Shown piece after piece: positions 16,516 to 24,895 of a stretch of DNA of 64,000 bases; position 1 is the first letter of the stretch, and every line of letters begins with the position of its first letter. A program made the translations under genes and the position numbers. Origin of the DNA: an uncultured Candidatus Saccharibacteria bacterium. Its GTDB lineage: Bacteria; Patescibacteriota; Minisyncoccia; JACQLN01. The notes under the pieces were generated by a model. That model was not told where the DNA came from and did not search any database. It saw nothing but the letters and a program-made list of their open reading frames with translations. Location of the stretch: positions 4,811-68,810 of the forward strand of contig CAZGLK010000001.1 in NCBI GenBank assembly GCA_964526375.1, written 5' to 3'.

Positions 16516-19500
16516 ATGAGTTATCTAAATAGCAAAACCCGCGAGTTGGGCAAAAAGGTTATCTCCGTCGGTTTGGCGGTAACAACCTTTGCCTGGCTGG
16601 TGGGTGTTCCTTCTGCGGGCGCGCAAACAAGCGCCGATCAGATCGCGGCGTTGCTGGCGCAGATTCAAGCTCTGCAGGCGCAGTTGGTGGCTTTGCAGGC
16701 GCAAAGCGGCGGCAGTGCCGGTGCGGCGGCTTGTACTTTCACCCGAAGCTTAACAATGGGCTCGCGGGGTGATGATGTAAAGTGTCTGCAGGAATATCTA
16801 ACTGATACGGGTCACTTTACCTACTCCGGCGGCGCTACCGGATACTTTGGTTCCATAACCAAAGCGGCCGTGGCGGCTTGGCAGGCCGACAATGATATCA
16901 GCCCGGCGCGAGGTTACTTTGGCCCTATTTCAAGGGCAAAGTATAGTGAGATGGCAGTGGTGGCGCCAACTACTCCCACAACTCCGACAACGCCAACCAC
17001 GCCCGGGACAACTCCGACAACCCCGGCCGGCACCGGCTTGACGGTGGCTTTGGCTTCCGATACTGCCGCGGCTGGTTTGTTCGGCGAGAGCTTTGCTTCG
17101 CGGCCGTTTACCAAAATAAACTTTACGGCTTCGGCCGACGGCGACATTACGGTAAAATCGGTAACGGTGGAAAGAACCGGTCAGGCGGCTGATGCGGTCT
17201 TTAGTGGCCTTATTGTGCTGGATGAAACCGGCACCAGAATCGGAACTTCCAAAACACTAAATTCCAATCACCAAGCCGTTTTGAACGAACCCTTTGTGGT
17301 TAAAGCCGGAACAACGCGAGGCATGACTTTGGCGGGAGATTCCGATAACAACCAAGACGCTTATGCCGGCCAGATTGCCACCTTGAGCTTGATAGCGGTG
17401 GATGCCGGTACGGCCACGGTCAACGGCACTTTGCCAATAACCGGTAACGGCATGACCATTAACTCAACTTTGGCGGTGGGTACTTTGACTTTGACCACCG
17501 GCGCTAGAGAGCCCGGTTCCAGCCCCACCAAAGAGGTCGGTTTGACCAACTATACCTTTGCCTCTATTAAGTTGTCGGCTGGTTCAGCGGAAGATATGAC
17601 TGTTAAATCCATTCGCTGGAATCAGTCGGGTTCGGCGGCTACGGGCGACTTAGCTAATGCTAAAACATGTATTGACGGCGGCGATTGCTACGATCATGTT
17701 GTTTCCAGCGACGGCAAGTACTACACGGCCAAATTCGGTGATGCCGGTTTGAAGCTGACTAAGGGCGAATTCAAAGATATCTACATTAAGGGAGATATTG
17801 TCAGCGGTTCCGGCCGCGGCGTGGACTTTGATTTGTACCGCTATGCCGACATCAAAGTTACCGGCAATGTTTACGGCTACGACATTTTGCCCACGGCCAC
17901 CAACTCGGCTGACTCGGCCACGGACGATGATGGCACCTTCCAAGATGCTAACCCCAACTACGATGGGTATGAAGTTACGATTTCCAACGGCACCATCAAT
18001 GTAACCAAGTCCAACAAGGTGGCGGCCCAGAATGTGGCGGTCAATCTTTCCAACCAGATTTTGGGTGGGTTTGATGTGGAAGTAAAGGGCGAGGAAATTT
18101 CGGTGGCGGCCATGAATTTTGATGTGTCCACAATAGATGCGGCTGGCACGGGAGGCGCCATTGATTCCAACGACATTACCAGCATCACTTTGGTGGATGG
18201 CAATGGCAACACGGTGGCCGGTCCGGTGGATGGCGTGGCCGGCGGTAACAACGGTATTCAGTTTACCGACACGGTTACCTTCCCCATCGGCACCAACACT
18301 TACACCATTAAGGGTAAAATGGGCACCGATTTCTTGAGCAACGACACGGTGGCGGCTTCCACCACGCCCAGTTCCGACTGGACCACGGTCAGAGGCAAGA
18401 CCACGGGCAATTCCATTACGCCCAGCCCGACCAGTGCCGTTACCCTAAACACCATGACGGTTAAGGCGGCGGCGATGACGGTTACGGTTTCCCCCACGCC
18501 GACGGCTCAAAATATAGTGACTGGTTCCAAAGCATTCGTTTTTGCCAACTATGTTTTTGACGCTTCGGCTTCGGGCGAAGACATTAGATCAACCTTAATA
18601 AAGACCCGATTCACTGGCACCAGCAATACGGCTGATCAATTGCAGAGTTGCGGATTGTTTGACGGTACGAACGCGCTGACCACCGGCGGCAATACCAACA
18701 GCCCGGCTAACACCGTGGCAACCGGCGATGACCTTACTTTCAATTTGGACAGCGGTTTGATTACGCCCAAGGGCTCGGTTAAGACCATTAGCTTAAAGTG
18801 CGATGTTAAAGGCAATGTGGATGCTGAAGCCACGGCTGGCACAACCACCTTTAGTTTGGGCATAACCAACGCGGCCGGCAGCATAACCTCAACCGGCCAG
18901 ACATCGGGCCAATCGGTTACCGAGACCATTACCCAAGCCAACGGCCAGGCCATGACCCTGCAGAGCGGCGGATCGCTTACTCTAGCTTTGGATGCTTCCA
19001 GCCCGGCTTTGAAGTGGGTGCAAGCGGGGGCAACCGACCAAATCTTGGCGGTATTCCGGCTTAATGCCAACTATGAGGCCGTTAAGCTGGAACGGATGGG
19101 ACTGCAGCTTTCTACTTCCACCAATGCCGCGCCGAATGCTATGGCTTCTAACACGCCGGCCGATATTCAGAAGGTGACTCTGTGGAATGGCGCTAAGAAG
19201 ATAGGCGAGGTTCAGTTTAGTAGTTCTGATTTTGCTACTACCACCTTTTCTACTAGCTTTGGCGCTACCGATGAGGATCTGACGGTGCCTAAGGACGGCC
19301 AAATGCTGTTAACGGTTAAAGGTGACATCGGAAGCATCGGCACTGTGACTCAAGCTTTCCCCGGACACTTGGCAGTGGTTAACTATGATTCCGGTTCAGC
19401 GGATGATGAAGCCAACCGCGGGGTGAAAGGCACTGGAGCGTCTTCGGGTACGGCTTTGTATGCGGCAGGATCGGATACGGCATCCAACGGCGCCAGAATT

Positions 19501-20337
19501 AGCAAGGCAATTCCTACGGTGGAAAGAGTGGCGTTTACGAGCGCTAAGTTTGCCAACTTGAATGACCAGAACCTGTATCGCTTTAAGGTTTCCGCTCCGG
19601 CTGGGACAAACGGCATTAGCTTGTACAAGTTTACCTTTAATGTGGCTACTTCAGTCAGCGGTTACTTGCAGGAGCTGCCGGGTGATGGCGATATACCCCC
19701 GGAACTGTCCGGCTTTAGAGTGACCAACTTTAGGGTATACTGCTACGATGATGCCGCCTTTTCCAACGCGTCTTGTCCGAATGTCGGCGCTACCGGTGGG
19801 TTGTTGAACGGAAGCGGAGTTTCGGATGAATCCACGGTTATGTCCAGCTCTACCGCTGGCTTAACGGCTCCGGCTAATGATGTAGACATCAACATAACCT
19901 TTAATCCAACCAATCCTTCCAGCGCCACGACAGAGGGAGTTAAGATTGACGCGGGAACAAGCAAGTACTTTGTCTTGAAAGCCGATGTTACGGGTGCAAG
20001 CTCCACGCCTTCCATCTCTACCAAGATGCTGGGTGACGCTTCATTCGCTTCTATTGTGAATGCGGTGGGCAGCTTTAGCGATGCCGGTGCTATTCCCGAT
20101 GGCGTTGACACTGATTTGACCATGGCCGGGGATGATTGGACCAATGGTTTCTACATCTTTGCCACCACGGCGAGCGATGTGGATCTGTGGGATGACGATG
20201 ACTTCATCTGGTCCGGTAATTCTACCAACACCGCCGCGACGGATGTGAATGCCTATGACTGGTTTAACGGATTCTTGGTGCCGGGGCTGTCTAACACCGA
20301 TGTCTCTCAAACCGAGATTTTGACCTTGAGCCAGTAG
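16516..20337 (+). CDS. giant secreted surface protein (≥1273 aa)
   Basis: Signal peptide, coiled-coil QIAALLAQIQALQAQLVALQAQ, a PG_binding_1-like segment (GSRGDDVKCLQEYL…AAVAAWQ), a PTTPTTPTT linker, then ~1100 aa of low-complexity T/G/S/A/V-rich beta-type sequence. GC is higher than the backbone. The ORF-track start 16453 is probably upstream of the true start. Confidence 0.8.
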   Translation: MSYLNSKTRELGKKVISVGLAVTTFAWLVGVPSAGAQTSADQIAALLAQIQALQAQLVALQAQSGGSAGAAACTFTRSLTMGSRGDDVKCLQEYLTDTGHFTYSGGATGYFGSITKAAVAAWQADNDISPARGYFGPISRAKYSEMAVVAPTTPTTPTTPTTPGTTPTTPAGTGLTVALASDTAAAGLFGESFASRPFTKINFTASADGDITVKSVTVERTGQAADAVFSGLIVLDETGTRIGTSKTLNSNHQAVLNEPFVVKAGTTRGMTLAGDSDNNQDAYAGQIATLSLIAVDAGTATVNGTLPITGNGMTINSTLAVGTLTLTTGAREPGSSPTKEVGLTNYTFASIKLSAGSAEDMTVKSIRWNQSGSAATGDLANAKTCIDGGDCYDHVVSSDGKYYTAKFGDAGLKLTKGEFKDIYIKGDIVSGSGRGVDFDLYRYADIKVTGNVYGYDILPTATNSADSATDDDGTFQDANPNYDGYEVTISNGTINVTKSNKVAAQNVAVNLSNQILGGFDVEVKGEEISVAAMNFDVSTIDAAGTGGAIDSNDITSITLVDGNGNTVAGPVDGVAGGNNGIQFTDTVTFPIGTNTYTIKGKMGTDFLSNDTVAASTTPSSDWTTVRGKTTGNSITPSPTSAVTLNTMTVKAAAMTVTVSPTPTAQNIVTGSKAFVFANYVFDASASGEDIRSTLIKTRFTGTSNTADQLQSCGLFDGTNALTTGGNTNSPANTVATGDDLTFNLDSGLITPKGSVKTISLKCDVKGNVDAEATAGTTTFSLGITNAAGSITSTGQTSGQSVTETITQANGQAMTLQSGGSLTLALDASSPALKWVQAGATDQILAVFRLNANYEAVKLERMGLQLSTSTNAAPNAMASNTPADIQKVTLWNGAKKIGEVQFSSSDFATTTFSTSFGATDEDLTVPKDGQMLLTVKGDIGSIGTVTQAFPGHLAVVNYDSGSADDEANRGVKGTGASSGTALYAAGSDTASNGARISKAIPTVERVAFTSAKFANLNDQNLYRFKVSAPAGTNGISLYKFTFNVATSVSGYLQELPGDGDIPPELSGFRVTNFRVYCYDDAAFSNASCPNVGATGGLLNGSGVSDESTVMSSSTAGLTAPANDVDINITFNPTNPSSATTEGVKIDAGTSKYFVLKADVTGASSTPSISTKMLGDASFASIVNAVGSFSDAGAIPDGVDTDLTMAGDDWTNGFYIFATTASDVDLWDDDDFIWSGNSTNTAATDVNAYDWFNGFLVPGLSNTDVSQTEILTLSQ

Positions 20338-20354
20338 TAATTAGCCACCTTGTG

Positions 20355-20423
20355 CCCCGACTCAAGTCGGGGGGCTAGAACACCCCCTCACTCGATTTAT
20401 CGAGTGAGGGGGTTGTTTTTTTG
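20355..20423 (+). terminator. tandem-hairpin rho-independent terminator
   Basis: CCCCGACtcaaGTCGGGG, then CACCCCCTCACTCGatttatCGAGTGAGGGGGTTG followed by TTTTTTT. Confidence 0.75.
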
Positions 20424-20472
20424 TGTGGATCCTGTTAGATTTAAGTCCTATCTGTAGTGAGCTTGTCGAACT

Positions 20473-21279
20473 ATGTTCAAACTAAACAAAAAATTGTTGG
20501 TTGGCGTCGGTGTTGTTCTTGTTTTGGCATTGATAATTATAGCCGATCGTTTGCTGAAAAAACCGGCTCTGCCTCCTGACAATACGCCCACGGCATTGGA
20601 GCACAATAGCCAAGACATTGCTGGCAATGTGCCGAGAGAGTCAGTCCAAAAACCTTCCGGCAAATCTGGGCAGTTGAGCCAGATACCGCCTTACTCGGGC
20701 CGGCCTTTGAGCGAGGTACGTTTTGGGCAAGGTTTTTCCGCGCCCCAGGAAAGGATAAGCCAGCAGCGCCGCGATCTGGCTTTGTTGGCCGCGGTTTTAA
20801 CTGCCCAGCCGTTGGGGGCGGAAGGGGTTAATGATTGGATTGCTTTGGGATCAATTAAAAAATTTTTTAACGATTACGAAGGCGCCAAAGACGCCTGGGA
20901 GTATGCCGGTGTTTTATACCCCGGAAACGCCCTTTCTTTTGCCAATTTGGGACACCTTTATGGGTTTTATTTGGGTGATGCAGCCAAGGCAGAGAATAGT
21001 TTTAGACGCGCCATTGACAGCGATCCCTACCAGCCCAGCTATTATATTGGGCTGGCTGATTTGTACAGGCACGCCTATGCTTCCAAAAAATCGGAAGCCC
21101 CCAAGGTTTTGCTGGAAGGAATGAGTGTGATTGGAGACGCAAATTTAGTGCTGAGTTTGGCTACTTTTTATCGGGATGAGGGAGACAAGACCAATGCCGT
21201 AAAGTACTACGAGGAAGTTCTAAAAATCGCGCCGGATCAGGCGGGGGTGAGGGAAGAGATTGACAGATTAAGTAATTAA
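20473..21279 (+). CDS. membrane-anchored TPR-repeat protein
   Basis: N-terminal TM, then TPR-like repeats (…AENSFRRAIDSDPYQPSYYIGLADLY…, …AVKYYEEVLKIAPDQ…). Confidence 0.6.
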   Translation: MFKLNKKLLVGVGVVLVLALIIIADRLLKKPALPPDNTPTALEHNSQDIAGNVPRESVQKPSGKSGQLSQIPPYSGRPLSEVRFGQGFSAPQERISQQRRDLALLAAVLTAQPLGAEGVNDWIALGSIKKFFNDYEGAKDAWEYAGVLYPGNALSFANLGHLYGFYLGDAAKAENSFRRAIDSDPYQPSYYIGLADLYRHAYASKKSEAPKVLLEGMSVIGDANLVLSLATFYRDEGDKTNAVKYYEEVLKIAPDQAGVREEIDRLSN

Positions 21280-21386
21280 GTAACTGGTAATTACGTAATT
21301 ACTTAGTTACTAAATTACTGCATTTCCCTTGTTATTTTTACCTGCGGTTTTGGGTTATAGTGTTAGTGAATTAGGAATAAGGAATT

Positions 21387-23741
21387 ATGAATGATCCAAG
21401 GCCGCGGATTTTGATTTTTTCTCTGGCCTATTTCCCTTTAGTGGGTGGCGCCGAAATTGCCGTAAAAGAAATCGCCGATCGCCTCGGTGATGTTTTTGAT
21501 TTTGACCTGATAACTCTGGGATTTGGCAAAGACTGGCCCAAAGAAGAAAAAATAGGCCAGACGAGGGTTTTTCGGGTAAAAAAGGGCTTTATACTGCCCA
21601 AGCTGACCTTCGCCCTTAAGGGGGCAATTTTGGCCCACAAACTGCATTCCCGCAGCCAATATCAGCTAATCTGGCCGATTATGGCCGCCTATGCCGGCTT
21701 GGCCGGTTTGCTGTTTAAGTTTCTGCACCCCAAAATACCCCTGCTTTTGACTTTGCAGGAAGGCGACTCGGAATCACATATTTTAAAACGAGTGGGCGTA
21801 TTTTACCCTCTATGGCGGCTGATTTTTAAGAAAGCTGATTACATACAAGCCATCAGCAATTACTTGGCTGGTTTTGCCCGTAGGCATGGAGCGAGGTGTC
21901 CGGTAGAGATAGTTCCTAATGGTGTGAATCTTAAAAATTTCCAATTTCCAATTTCCAATTTCCAATTAAATTCCAAATTCCAAACAAGCTCCAAGTTCCA
22001 AGCTCCAAGCTCCAAGACGATAATCACTACCTCTCGGTTGGTTTATAAGAATGGAATTGATATTTTGATTAGGGCCGCGGCAGATCTAAAGTTCCAAGCT
22101 CCAAGCTCCAAGTTCCAAGTTCTCATTGTCGGCGATGGCCCCGATCGTTCCAAGTTAGAGAAACTTGCCGCCGATCTTGCTGTTTCCGATAGGATTAAAT
22201 TCGTTGGCCATATTGATCCCGACCTAATTCCCGGCTATCTTGCCCAAGCCGATATTTTTGTCCGTCCATCCCGCTCCGAGGGTTTGGGTAATTCGTTTTT
22301 AGAGGCCATGGCGGCCGGTCTTCCGATTGTTGGTACAGCTGTAGGCGGGATCACCGATTTTTTAAAAGATGGCGAGACTGGTTTGGTGTGCCAAGTTGAC
22401 GATTCTAACGATTTGGCCGAAAAAATTGTTAAAGTTTTGAGTGATGCCGAGCTGTCTCATAAATTGGCCGAGAATGGTAGGAGGTTGGTTGAAACTGGCT
22501 ATTCTTGGGATAAAATTGCGTCAAAAATGAAAGCAATCCTGAACTCCCTATACCCTAAACCCTATACCCTATACCCTATACCCTATACCCCAAACCCTCG
22601 AATCTTGTTGGCCACCGGCATTTATCCCCCCGAAATCGGCGGGCCGGCCACTTATGCCGTTTTGCTGGAAAAGGAATTGCCCAAGCGAGGTATCGGCGTA
22701 TCCGTGCTGCCATTTAGAGCCGTAAGAAATTGGCCAAAGGGTTTGCGCCACCTTCTTTATTTTATAAAGGCCACGCGTCTTTGCCGCGGGCACGATTTGA
22801 TTTTGGCGCAAGACACCATCAGCGTCGGCTTGCCTTCCTTGCTGGCGGCTAAACTATTAAGAAAAAGATTCTTGATCCGCGTGCCCGGGGATTATGTTTG
22901 GGAACAATCCGTTCAGCGCTTTGGCGTTAAAGATTCCATAGATGATTTTCAGCACCCGAATAGCGCGCCTTCGCCTGGCGGCTTCGGCAACACGAAAGCG
23001 CCCACCCGAATAAAAAGATATCCCTGGCGAGTAGAATTTTTAAGATCGGTTCAGAAATTTGTCGTTAACCACGCCGACACGGTTATTACCCCAAGTATTT
23101 ATTTCAGGGATTTGGTCCGCAGTTGGGTCAAGGACAAAAACAAAGTAATAACTATTTATAACGGTATTGATTTATCAATTTATGAACCAACCCTAAACCC
23201 TAAACCCTATACCCTAAAAACTATTGTTTCCGCTGGTCGGTTGGTGCCGTGGAAGGGCTTTGATATGGTTATAGAGATGATGCGGGATTTGCCGGAGTGG
23301 AGGTTGGTTATAATCGGCGATGGTCCGGAGCGGGAAAATCTCCAATTACTAATTACTAATTACCAATTACAAAACCGCGTTACGCTTACCGGCGCAATTC
23401 CAAGAGAAAAAGTGTTGGAATATTTGATGCAAGCTAAGATATTTGTTCTGAATACCTCCTTTGAAAGTTTTTCGTTTCAGATTGTGGAAGCCATGAGTTT
23501 GGGTCTGCCGGTTATTGCTTCTAATATAGGCAATCTTGCGGAGATTATAGAAAACGGCGTCGACGGAATGTTGGTGGAGCCGAATAACAAAGAGCAGTTT
23601 TTGGCCGCCGTGGCGAGACTGGAGCGAGACGAAGGTTTTAGGAAAAGCATTTCCGAACAGGCCCGGGTAAAAGCCCAAAACTTTTCTTTAGAAAGGACCC
23701 TGGCCGCCCTAGAGAATTTATTAAGAAACTTACTGCCATGA
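21387..23741 (+). CDS. tandem double GT4 glycosyltransferase (two complete GT-B GT4 modules fused)
   Basis: Module 1 has SRSEGLGNSFLEAMAAGLPIVGTAVGG; module 2 has SFESFSFQIVEAMSLGLPVIASNIG. Five in-frame simple-repeat linkers. Confidence 0.8.
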   Translation: MNDPRPRILIFSLAYFPLVGGAEIAVKEIADRLGDVFDFDLITLGFGKDWPKEEKIGQTRVFRVKKGFILPKLTFALKGAILAHKLHSRSQYQLIWPIMAAYAGLAGLLFKFLHPKIPLLLTLQEGDSESHILKRVGVFYPLWRLIFKKADYIQAISNYLAGFARRHGARCPVEIVPNGVNLKNFQFPISNFQLNSKFQTSSKFQAPSSKTIITTSRLVYKNGIDILIRAAADLKFQAPSSKFQVLIVGDGPDRSKLEKLAADLAVSDRIKFVGHIDPDLIPGYLAQADIFVRPSRSEGLGNSFLEAMAAGLPIVGTAVGGITDFLKDGETGLVCQVDDSNDLAEKIVKVLSDAELSHKLAENGRRLVETGYSWDKIASKMKAILNSLYPKPYTLYPIPYTPNPRILLATGIYPPEIGGPATYAVLLEKELPKRGIGVSVLPFRAVRNWPKGLRHLLYFIKATRLCRGHDLILAQDTISVGLPSLLAAKLLRKRFLIRVPGDYVWEQSVQRFGVKDSIDDFQHPNSAPSPGGFGNTKAPTRIKRYPWRVEFLRSVQKFVVNHADTVITPSIYFRDLVRSWVKDKNKVITIYNGIDLSIYEPTLNPKPYTLKTIVSAGRLVPWKGFDMVIEMMRDLPEWRLVIIGDGPERENLQLLITNYQLQNRVTLTGAIPREKVLEYLMQAKIFVLNTSFESFSFQIVEAMSLGLPVIASNIGNLAEIIENGVDGMLVEPNNKEQFLAAVARLERDEGFRKSISEQARVKAQNFSLERTLAALENLLRNLLP
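21934..22016. repeat. intragenic heptanucleotide SSR (AATTTCC x4, AAATTCC x2, CCAAG(C/T)T x5)
   Basis: aatttccaatttccaatttccaatttcc…ccaagttccaagctccaagctccaag; in frame (NFQFPISNFQLNSKFQTSSKFQAPSSK). Confidence 0.85.
22090..22124. repeat. intragenic heptanucleotide SSR (CCAAG(C/T)T x4)
   Basis: gttccaagctccaagctccaagttccaag, encoding KFQAPSSKFQ. Confidence 0.8.
22546..22597. repeat. intragenic heptanucleotide SSR (CCCTATA/CCCTAAA x7) at the junction of the two GT4 modules
   Basis: ccctataccctaaaccctataccctataccctataccccaaaccct, encoding LYPKPYTLYPIPYTPNP. Confidence 0.85.
23190..23218. repeat. intragenic heptanucleotide SSR (CCCTAAA/CCCTATA x4)
   Basis: ccctaaaccctaaaccctataccctaaaa. Confidence 0.8.
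23341..23375. repeat. intragenic heptanucleotide SSR (ATTAC(C/T)A x4)
   Basis: ccaattactaattactaattaccaattac, encoding LQLLITNYQLQN. Confidence 0.8.
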
Positions 23742-24895
23742 TCATTTTAATGCTTTCTACCGATGAAAATATCTTAAAAGAGGGTTCGGAATCCCAAAAA
23801 CGGATGATTGATTACGGAGGTTTGGTGGAAGAATTGCATATCATCGTTTTTACAAAACGAAATTACCAATTACCAATTACCAATTACCAACAAAATTCCA
23901 AATTCCAAATTTCAAAAAATGTTCGGATATACTCTACAAACACTTGGTTCAGACCGTTATATTTTTTCGATGCTTATCGGATTGGTCGAAGAGTTATTGA
24001 AAATTGTAAATTGAAAATTGAAAATTGGGTCGTGACGACCCAAGATCCTTTTGAAACTGGCCTGGTCGGTTGTTGGCTCAAGAAAAAATACAAATTGCCC
24101 CTGCAGATTCAAGTCCACGCCGATTTTTTAAGCCCGCATTTTTGGCGAGAATCATTGAAGAATAAAATCCGTGTTTTGGTGGCTCAACGGTTAGTAAAGA
24201 AAGCAGACGGTATCAGAGTAGTTTCTGAGCGAATTAAAAATTTGTTATTATCCCTATACCCTAAACCCTATACCCTAAACCCTATTTCCGTCCTGCCGAT
24301 TTTTGTGGATGTAGAAAAAATCAAAAACTCTCCAGTCAGAATTGATCTGCACCAAAAATATCCCGGCCGGTTCATAATTCTAATGGCTTCCCGCCTGACG
24401 CGGGAAAAAAACATCCCCATGGCTCTGGAAGCCATACGCGGATTAACGCGGAATAATACGCGGATTAACGCGGAAAAGATTTTATTACTTATTGTCGGTG
24501 ATGGTACAGAGCTTGAAAAGCTCAAACTACTCACTACTCACTACTCACTACAAACCGATGTCGTTTTTGAGCCCTGGACGGATGATTTGCCGTCGTATTA
24601 CAAAACCGCCGATCTGTTTCTTTTAACTTCCAACTACGAAGGCTATGGTCGGACTGTTGTGGAAGCCGCAGCCGCCGGTTTGCCGGTTTTGATGACCGAT
24701 GTCGGCGTGGCCATCGGCTCGGTTGTGCCTGTGGGCGACAGGGAAGTGTTGGCGGGTCATTTGGAATTGCTTGTCGGAAATCGGCTGGAGCGGGAGGGAA
24801 TTCTGGAGGGCCAAAGGAGAAATTTAGAATTTTATCGTTCAAAAGAGGATTACCTAAAACAGCTTAAACAATCATGGCTAAACTGCTTTTCATAA
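23738..24895 (+). CDS. GT4 glycosyltransferase
   Basis: …RLTREKNIPMALEA…EGYGRTVVEAAAAGLPVLMTDVG; ATGA overlap with the upstream gene; five in-frame SSR linkers. Confidence 0.8.
   Translation: MIILMLSTDENILKEGSESQKRMIDYGGLVEELHIIVFTKRNYQLPITNYQQNSKFQISKNVRIYSTNTWFRPLYFFDAYRIGRRVIENCKLKIENWVVTTQDPFETGLVGCWLKKKYKLPLQIQVHADFLSPHFWRESLKNKIRVLVAQRLVKKADGIRVVSERIKNLLLSLYPKPYTLNPISVLPIFVDVEKIKNSPVRIDLHQKYPGRFIILMASRLTREKNIPMALEAIRGLTRNNTRINAEKILLLIVGDGTELEKLKLLTTHYSLQTDVVFEPWTDDLPSYYKTADLFLLTSNYEGYGRTVVEAAAAGLPVLMTDVGVAIGSVVPVGDREVLAGHLELLVGNRLEREGILEGQRRNLEFYRSKEDYLKQLKQSWLNCFS
23861..23915. repeat. intragenic heptanucleotide SSR (AATTACC x4, AAATTCC x2)
   Basis: aattaccaattaccaattaccaattaccaacaaaattccaaattccaaatttc. 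Confidence 0.85.
23998..24026. repeat. intragenic heptanucleotide SSR (AAAATTG x4)
   Basis: gaaaattgtaaattgaaaattgaaaattg. Confidence 0.8.
24251..24285. repeat. intragenic heptanucleotide SSR (CCCTATA/CCCTAAA x5)
   Basis: tccctataccctaaaccctataccctaaaccctat, the same unit as in 22546-22597 of the upstream gene. Confidence 0.85.
24435..24474. repeat. intragenic repeat (ACGCGGATTAACGCGGA x2; CGCGGAT heptamer family)
   Basis: acgcggattaacgcggaataatacgcggattaacgcgg; related to 25060-25101 and 6080-6103. Confidence 0.8.
24524..24553. repeat. intragenic heptanucleotide SSR (ACTCACT x3-4)
   Basis: aactactcactactcactactcactac. Confidence 0.8.

Noticed and set aside
22546-24285. CCCTATA/CCCTAAA repeat runs as CRISPR arrays or telomere-like sequence
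   Set aside because: The units are 7 nt with no spacers of 25-40 nt, and they lie inside intact glycosyltransferase reading frames. They are simple tandem repeats, not CRISPR, and the resemblance to the plant telomere unit CCCTAAA is coincidental.
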